This document shows positions 63,301-64,000 of a stretch of DNA of 64,000 nt, one piece after another. This DNA is from Acidobacteriota bacterium (GTDB lineage: Bacteria; Acidobacteriota; Thermoanaerobaculia; Multivoradales; UBA5704). The DNA is taken from contig JBDTZG010000014.1 in assembly GCA_040005235.1 (NCBI GenBank), positions 1 through 64,000 on the forward strand, in the 5' to 3' direction. How positions within the stretch are numbered: the first letter of the stretch is position 1; every line of letters starts with the position of its first letter. The position numbers were made by a program, and so were the translations under genes. The notes under the pieces were generated by a model. That model saw nothing but the letters and a program-made list of their open reading frames with translations, was not told the DNA's origin and did not search any database.

Positions 63301-64000
63301 TGCAGAAGACTCCGTACAGTTTTGATGCGTCGGTCTGGGAGCTTTTCGTGCCCCTGTTGGCCGGAGCCGAGCTGGTCATGGCGCGGCCGGGCGGCCATCA
63401 AGAGCCGGCCTACCTCGTCGAGACCATGGCTCGAGACCGCATCACGGTTCTTCAGCTCGTGCCCTCAATGTTGCCGCTGCTCGTGGAGGAGAAGGGGCTC
63501 GATGATTGTCGCTCGCTGCGGCGACTGTTCTGTGGCGGCGAGGCGCTTCCCGTCGAATCTTGCGCCGAATTCGAAGCGAGGCTGGGGGCGCGCGTCATCA
63601 ATCTCTATGGGCCGACCGAGACGGCGATCGATGCGAGCTACTGGCCCTATCGACCGGGGTCCGGAGAGGTCATTGCTCCGATCGGTCGACCGATCTCCAA
63701 CCTGCACTTGCGAATCCTCGGGCAGGTGGCGGAGCCGGTCCCATTGGGCTCGCCAGGGGATCTTCTGGTGGGGGGCATCGGTCTCGCGCGCGGCTATCTG
63801 GACCGGCCCGACCTGACGGCCGAGCGGTTCTTGCCCGATCCCTTCGCGGAGGTGCCTGGAGGGCGCCTCTACAAGACCGGCGACTTGGCGAAGGCGGGCG
63901 TCGATGGAGGGTTGCGCTTCCTGGGCCGTTCCGACCACCAGGTAAAGATTCGCGGCTTCCGCATCGAGCTGTTTGAGATCGAAGAGGCGCTACGCCAGGA
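48309..64000 (+). CDS. Hybrid PKS-NRPS, truncated by the right edge: KS-AT-KR(degenerate)-ACP-Cy-A(Cys)-MT-PCP-C-A(Cys-like)-MT-PCP-C-A(Gln)...
   Basis: Absent from the ORF track, presumably because no stop is reached. GTG at 48309 follows aagaagga and reads MAETAVEKGIAIIGLDGRFPGA; the same frame reads RIELFEIEEALRQ at the window end. Motifs read from DNA: QTACSTS, HGTGT, GHSIG, HAFH, GGHSL x3, Cy DYLIAD/PVVFTS/PQVWIDHQ, LEIGCGTG x2, HHIVSDG, HHIVGDG. Codes DLFNLSLIWK, DLYDFSLVWK, DAWQFGLIDK. Confidence 0.92.
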   Translation, partial: MAETAVEKGIAIIGLDGRFPGARNAEELWQNLCEGVESLSRFSQEELRASSPDGTRLEDPRLVPVRGVLSEVELFDAGFFGISPREAAATDPQQRVFIECAWTALEDAGYDPGNCGGLVGVYAGSALSSYAWNNLGSDPELLASLGALQLGILNGKDHLPTRVSYLLNLTGPSVAVQTACSTSLVAVHMACLALLNYECDMALAGGVSIAVPQKAGYLFEEGGILSPDGHCRAFDAAAHGTVMGDGVGIVVLKRLDEAMADGDRIRGVILGSAINNDGGGKVGYTAPGLEGQAEVIAAAHAVAGIDAGTISYVETHGTGTPLGDPVEISALTRAFRMSTDRIGSCSIGSLKTNIGHLNTAAGVAGLIKAVLALEHKAIPPSLHFERPNPRIHFDDSPFFVNTRLTEWSADGAPLRAGVSSFGIGGTNAHVVLEEAPVPEVSDDARRWQLLVISAKTESALEAAAQNLAEHLGRHPDLKLADAAFTLQVGRNRMEHRQILVCRDAAEAIRELTAGEDSRAVRLHEAARERPVVFLFPGQGSQYVGMGRELFELEPLFREQVDLCASHLLPHLGFDIRTLFESSTEESRAAEERLQETAVAQPALFVVEYCLARLFAEWGIEPEAMIGHSIGEYVAACLSGVMSLPDALRLVAARGRLMGELPPGGMTAVHLSEAQVRHLLPADLEIAAVNGPTLVVVAGTLTAVAAFEEKLAEDGVEHRRLKTSHAFHSAMMEPILEPFARVVASIALHEPQRTFISNLTGRPATASEVTDPNYWVRHLRDEVRFSDGVDEIFRDPGRVFLEIGPGRALTTIVRQNPGAQAGMTIPTMRPQSREGSDLAWALEALGRAWLAGVAIDWRGFHHRHRRLRVAMPGYPFERQLHWIEARPLRPSGPLSAIPARSADPAGWFHARTWRRSAGQGSAATEPGALLLWAAPGGLGGEIHRELTSRGVAVVLAELSGSLEPSSLTASLAEEVAPRRIALLVERCTPGPEAAGALALLLSSLASRPEGRDDSPELILVTECAEEVVGSEVTNAVPNDTLATLMAEAARMPGLRWRCVDVDVEGESPRSDKLVDELLAPGPAGVGSVVALRNGYRWLPAYEVVHLEHRAGAIRPGGGYLVVGQIGVASQSVLAAFAEAGAQAQLIPADPAVILASPAFASNLHGIVVTGGWETPADTLAALDVALGGRALDFRLVLAPFAAGQEIEIGETVAERRLAAAVRVRAQAGGVRWRIASWRITSRSGDDQGLTPGEAAEAFLRLITWQGEAHLVVAPVDPSVAVPVAEPLSFAAELKPTGKGGYVAPRNAVERDLAAIWEHFLGIAAVGVFDSFLELGGHSLLATRVTARMREVFGVELPLSSLFESPHLAALAVEIGARRESLGEPSSAAQSPAFHAIAAPADRYDPFPLTEVQQAYWIGRSAGFELGNVAAHSYLEAETRNLDLSRLEAALDRLVNRHEMLRAVVTRDGQQRILAEVPTYRIEVDDLRGMAPEAAEAVLKETRARLAQEVVPTDRWPLFAVRASLLDSGATRLHIRLDYLIADAWSARTLARDVGAFYADPTIFLPNLEVSFRDYVLWLESLRETEEHRRALAYWQGRLENLPPAPDLPLAVSPTTLLKPRFERRRAALPAFHWGELKRRFAQADLAPSAALAAVFAEILTGWSKSPRFTINLTLFNRRPVHAQVGELVGDFTSLTLLAVESEPGGGFLSRARALQRQLWRDLDHQSVSAVQVLRDLSRERGELARGSMPVVFTSTLSMTTGTSAAETEASVADPVQVVYSLNQGPQVWIDHQVSERQGELVFNWDVVEGLFPPGLIDAMFEAYRALLETLAQADEAWGVVPLPLVSTAQLEQRAAVNATEAPVTDDLLHTLFRAQAARRPEATAVVAGDRRLTYGELAARAGWLGRRLRDLGARPNTLIAVAMEKGWEQVAAVLGVLEAGAAYLPVDPSLPSDRLGYLLAHGEVRIALTQSWLEHRLDWPPGIVRICVDREPAKEGLEPLEISQAPGDLAYVLYTSGSTGLPKGVMIDHRGAVNTILDVNRRFALGPNDAVLAVSSLSFDLSVFDIFGLLAAGGKVIVPEPGTSRDAERWVELLHREGVTLWNTVPALFEMLVEHVSGRPDLLPPPLRFALLSGDWIPLSLPDRARQALPGIEVVSLGGATEASIWSILYPVAEVAGDWKSIPYGRPMLNQSFSVLDGQLEARPVWVPGQLYIGGIGLALGYWRDEERTRASFIRHPRTGERLYRTGDLGRYLPDATIEFLGREDFQVKIHGYRIELGEIEATLSQHPAVRECVVAAPGSPQGARRLVAYVVPGSDPVAVKSAKTESAQVAQWQALFDATYGASTGREATFDIAGWKSSYGGDIPPEEMQRWVSSTVERILALRPRRVLEIGCGTGLLLFRIAPFCEHYRGTDLSAEALASIHRQIAAAGIKLPQIQLAQSAADDFTGVASGEFDLVIINSVIQYFPDVGYLLRVVEGAAGVVSPGGHIFVGDVRDLTTLPAFYASIEQALSLVDLGQEELRRRIEQRTAKEEELVVSPDFFRALADRLPAVQGAVMEPKRGRDRNELVNYRYDVTLLIDPPAAPRQVRWQDWQDVGGTLAALCDRWRASEGEPIGVRGIPSSRLTGDLARWADPARGPDGSSAGAVEAVDPEDLFHLGQELRCGTTLTVCGADRPGALDLVLWPLTALDSSTPFWLPAEPHFGEPRWKFWANDPSRPQLAHTLVPKLTAFLREKLPDYMVPGVFVILDGLPLTANGKVDRSALPAPGIDPEAAPGLHVAPRTPTEQAVAEIWSQVLRAERVGVEDNFFDLGGHSLLAIQVLSRLRQQLKVEVPVQTLFESATVAGLSREIDVLLQRSIPEDGARLQPVSRDQRLPLSFSQKRLWFLDRLVPGNAFYNIPAGVRMKGKADLRSLAAAINEIVRRHETLRTTFAEADGEPFQVIAPGIHVAVPHVDLRNLSDAAGEAEIVRLMNEEAKRPFDLAAGPMLRAFTLWRAENDFVLLLTLHHIVSDGWSMGVFYRELQALYSAFSAGRPSPLAPLPIQYADFAYWQNQALQGELREAHLSFWREQLGGLPLLELPTDRPRPRFESFRGSMVSALLDRTLVSSLKAMSQRCEATLFMTILAGFKVFLARYSRQWEIVAGSAAAARNRPELEGLIGFFLNMLVLRTDLSGKPSFEAAVRRVRQVTLDAYSHQDLPFEILVDELQPERDPSRNPLCQVLLMYQNYPVEERGLEGDSLRLMKVDSGTAKFDLVLFVDDVEQGLQVKLEFNTDLFDRTTARRALGQFEILLRSAMATPERSITDLPMIDDVERHQVLTEWNDTEHRYATAERIEELFERAAARQPNAVAVVFEDVVLTYRQLDELANQLAWRLTALGAGPGSYIAVYLERSAAMIPALLGILKAGGAYVPLEVTYPEARIEWILDRLDIRFAVTQASLSAAIGNLGAGSLKTVCIDDALVLATHPRNRPVLPLIENGMAYVIFTSGSTGTPKGVMVRHRAVVNLIDWIGREHRIGSRDRVLFVTSLCFDLSVYDVFGLLAAGGSIRVVSAADVRDPQRLLQILMTEPITFWDSAPATLQQLVPYFPVTPHEIDLRLVFLSGDWIPVGLPDDVRASFPGTQVISLGGATEATVWSNSFPIGEVEAHWVSIPYGRPMQNARYHALDSDFEPAPIGVPGDLYIAGDCLSSGYEDAALSAEKYLPDPFSGQPGERIYKTGDLVRYRPDGNLEFLGRADQQVKVRGFRIELGEIESLLARHPVVADAVVVVREDEPGDQRLVAYAVPRQGEAVYATSEEDWQLRVAEWQTIYDNIYGDSSAVLDPTFNISGWRSSYTGRPLPAEEMLEWVDDTVSRILALRPRRVLEIGCGTGLLLFRVAPHCRSYWATDFSRTALQAIRRTLGSPGLELPQVRLFERLADDFEGLQAGSFDLVLINSVIQYFPSLDYLSKVVSGAASLLSPGGHLFVGDVRSLPLLSTFHTSVQLSQAPPDLSTETLRQNVREGLTQEEELVVAPAFFTEIEQRVPGLGSTRILLKRGAIDNELNRYRYDVICAADHGEAQAPEPCHWLAWKEEAWTLPGIAQFLKETTPSVIGFFGVPNARLAGDAELERLLSDPAGPETVGQLRIAIAARPEVGVDPSELWSSGEVLGFSVEVSWSSAGKEYFDVVFRDSRLAILPVCPPDRDQTTEEPQVLANDPLQARVQQRLASALRAWLQQHLPPYMMPSDFVLLQSVPLTPNGKLDRNSLPIPTRRSGGAIGVPRNPLEQKLAEIWAEVLGVEQVGVFDNFFELGGHSLLATQVMARVAQAVGEEVPLRSLFENPTVAGLAASFGRWQSAAGVATLPRIEPISRVRPLALSYSQLRLWLLDRLAPGNVAYSIPTALRMVGSLAPAILAASLSEIVRRHETLRTTFFLDGDEPVQVIASARPLPLPIIDLSALPAEHLDTCAGGLKAWHAARPFDLEVGPLLRVCLLRFSEREHWALANLHHIVGDGWSVGLLIRELAALYEAAIAGRPSPLPPLPVQYADYAHWQRQRVRGARLSTLLDYWRQRLEGAPAVLDLPMDRPRPEVQTYDGNLMSVLVPTGVVAELRAVIRSESATLFMAFLALFGTLLRRTTRSENFVIGTAIAGRAQVEIESLIGFFVNTLALPLDVSGDPEFSVLLRQARETALGAIANQELPFEKLVDELQPERSLSHSPIFQVALVIQNTAWSSLDLPGLTLSQVSSGAPTAKYDLTLLAEERGDKLAVVFEYNSGLFDRTTIARLLSHLMILLKGAAADPLQRLSELSLMSAAETHQLFCEWNDSQVARPEAASCIHQLFAAQTQRTPEAVAVRVGDAALSYRELDLRTNRLARHLRARGVGVESRIGVFIDRSFEMPVALLAILKAGGAYLPLDPTIPGPRLAQMLSDGGVELGLTAARFMATLPPETPRPIDWIAIDSDGPEFSDDPLVGGAVPENLAYVIYTSGSTGLPKGVMIPHAAIANRLLWMQERFPLSPSDRVLQKTPYSFDASVWELFVPLLAGAELVMARPGGHQEPAYLVETMARDRITVLQLVPSMLPLLVEEKGLDDCRSLRRLFCGGEALPVESCAEFEARLGARVINLYGPTETAIDASYWPYRPGSGEVIAPIGRPISNLHLRILGQVAEPVPLGSPGDLLVGGIGLARGYLDRPDLTAERFLPDPFAEVPGGRLYKTGDLAKAGVDGGLRFLGRSDHQVKIRGFRIELFEIEEALRQ
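52510..53800 (+). other. Heterocyclisation (Cy) domain
   Basis: PFPLTEVQQAYWIGR, DYLIAD (52914-52931), FTINLTLFNR, VGDFTS, PVVFTS, QGPQVWIDHQ. Confidence 0.9.

Noticed and set aside
485-63976. Many long antisense and alternate-frame ORFs (for example 485-2488, 4840-7314, 7489-10242, 9191-11803, 51303-53066)
   Set aside because: They are shadow ORFs of high-GC coding DNA: Arg/Pro/Gly-rich, motif-free and fully overlapping well-supported synthase genes.
48294-64000. Apparent gene desert or pseudogene in the ORF track
   Set aside because: One plus-strand frame from 48309 carries in-frame motifs at every point checked up to the window end; it is most likely omitted only because it has no stop codon.
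1-64000. CRISPR arrays, tRNA/rRNA genes, transposases, MbtH, PPTase and epimerisation domains
   Set aside because: None seen. The recurring DNA similarities are paralogous C, A, PCP, KS and MT motifs, not spaced repeats.

Overview
The window is almost entirely secondary-metabolite assembly-line DNA from a high-GC bacterium, probably an Acidobacterium (it carries an ADOP-type duplicated orphan ABC permease). It appears to hold two tandem hybrid NRPS/PKS systems. (1) Positions <1-18391 are the 3' end of one line: an NRPS tail (A-PCP); a PKS-NRPS-PKS protein (KS-AT-ACP-C-A[Gly]-PCP-KS-AT*-KR0-ACP); a translationally coupled MFS transporter; and a terminal C-A[Ala]-NMT-PCP-TE. (2) After an ATP-grasp ligase gene and the permease, 22696->64000 is the start of a lipopeptide line: FAAL-ACP-C-A[Gly-like]-PCP-C-A[Leu]-PCP; a secreted CxxC thioredoxin-like gene; a five-module NRPS (Ala-like, Asp, Ala, Ala, aminoadipate-like); and a PKS-NRPS that runs off the window and is missing from the ORF track (KS-AT-KR0-ACP-Cy-A[Cys]-MT-PCP-C-A[Cys-like]-MT-PCP-C-A[Gln]...). 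The most unusual features are an elongation A domain closely resembling the fungal Lys2 alpha-aminoadipate reductase A domain feeding a PKS module, an N-methyltransferase-type domain inside a heterocyclisation module, an AT with a non-canonical VAAH motif beside a Tyr-to-Phe KR, and palindromic DNA elements inserted in frame within catalytic domains. Substrate calls were read by eye from specificity-code residues and are predictions. Domain boundaries are approximate.
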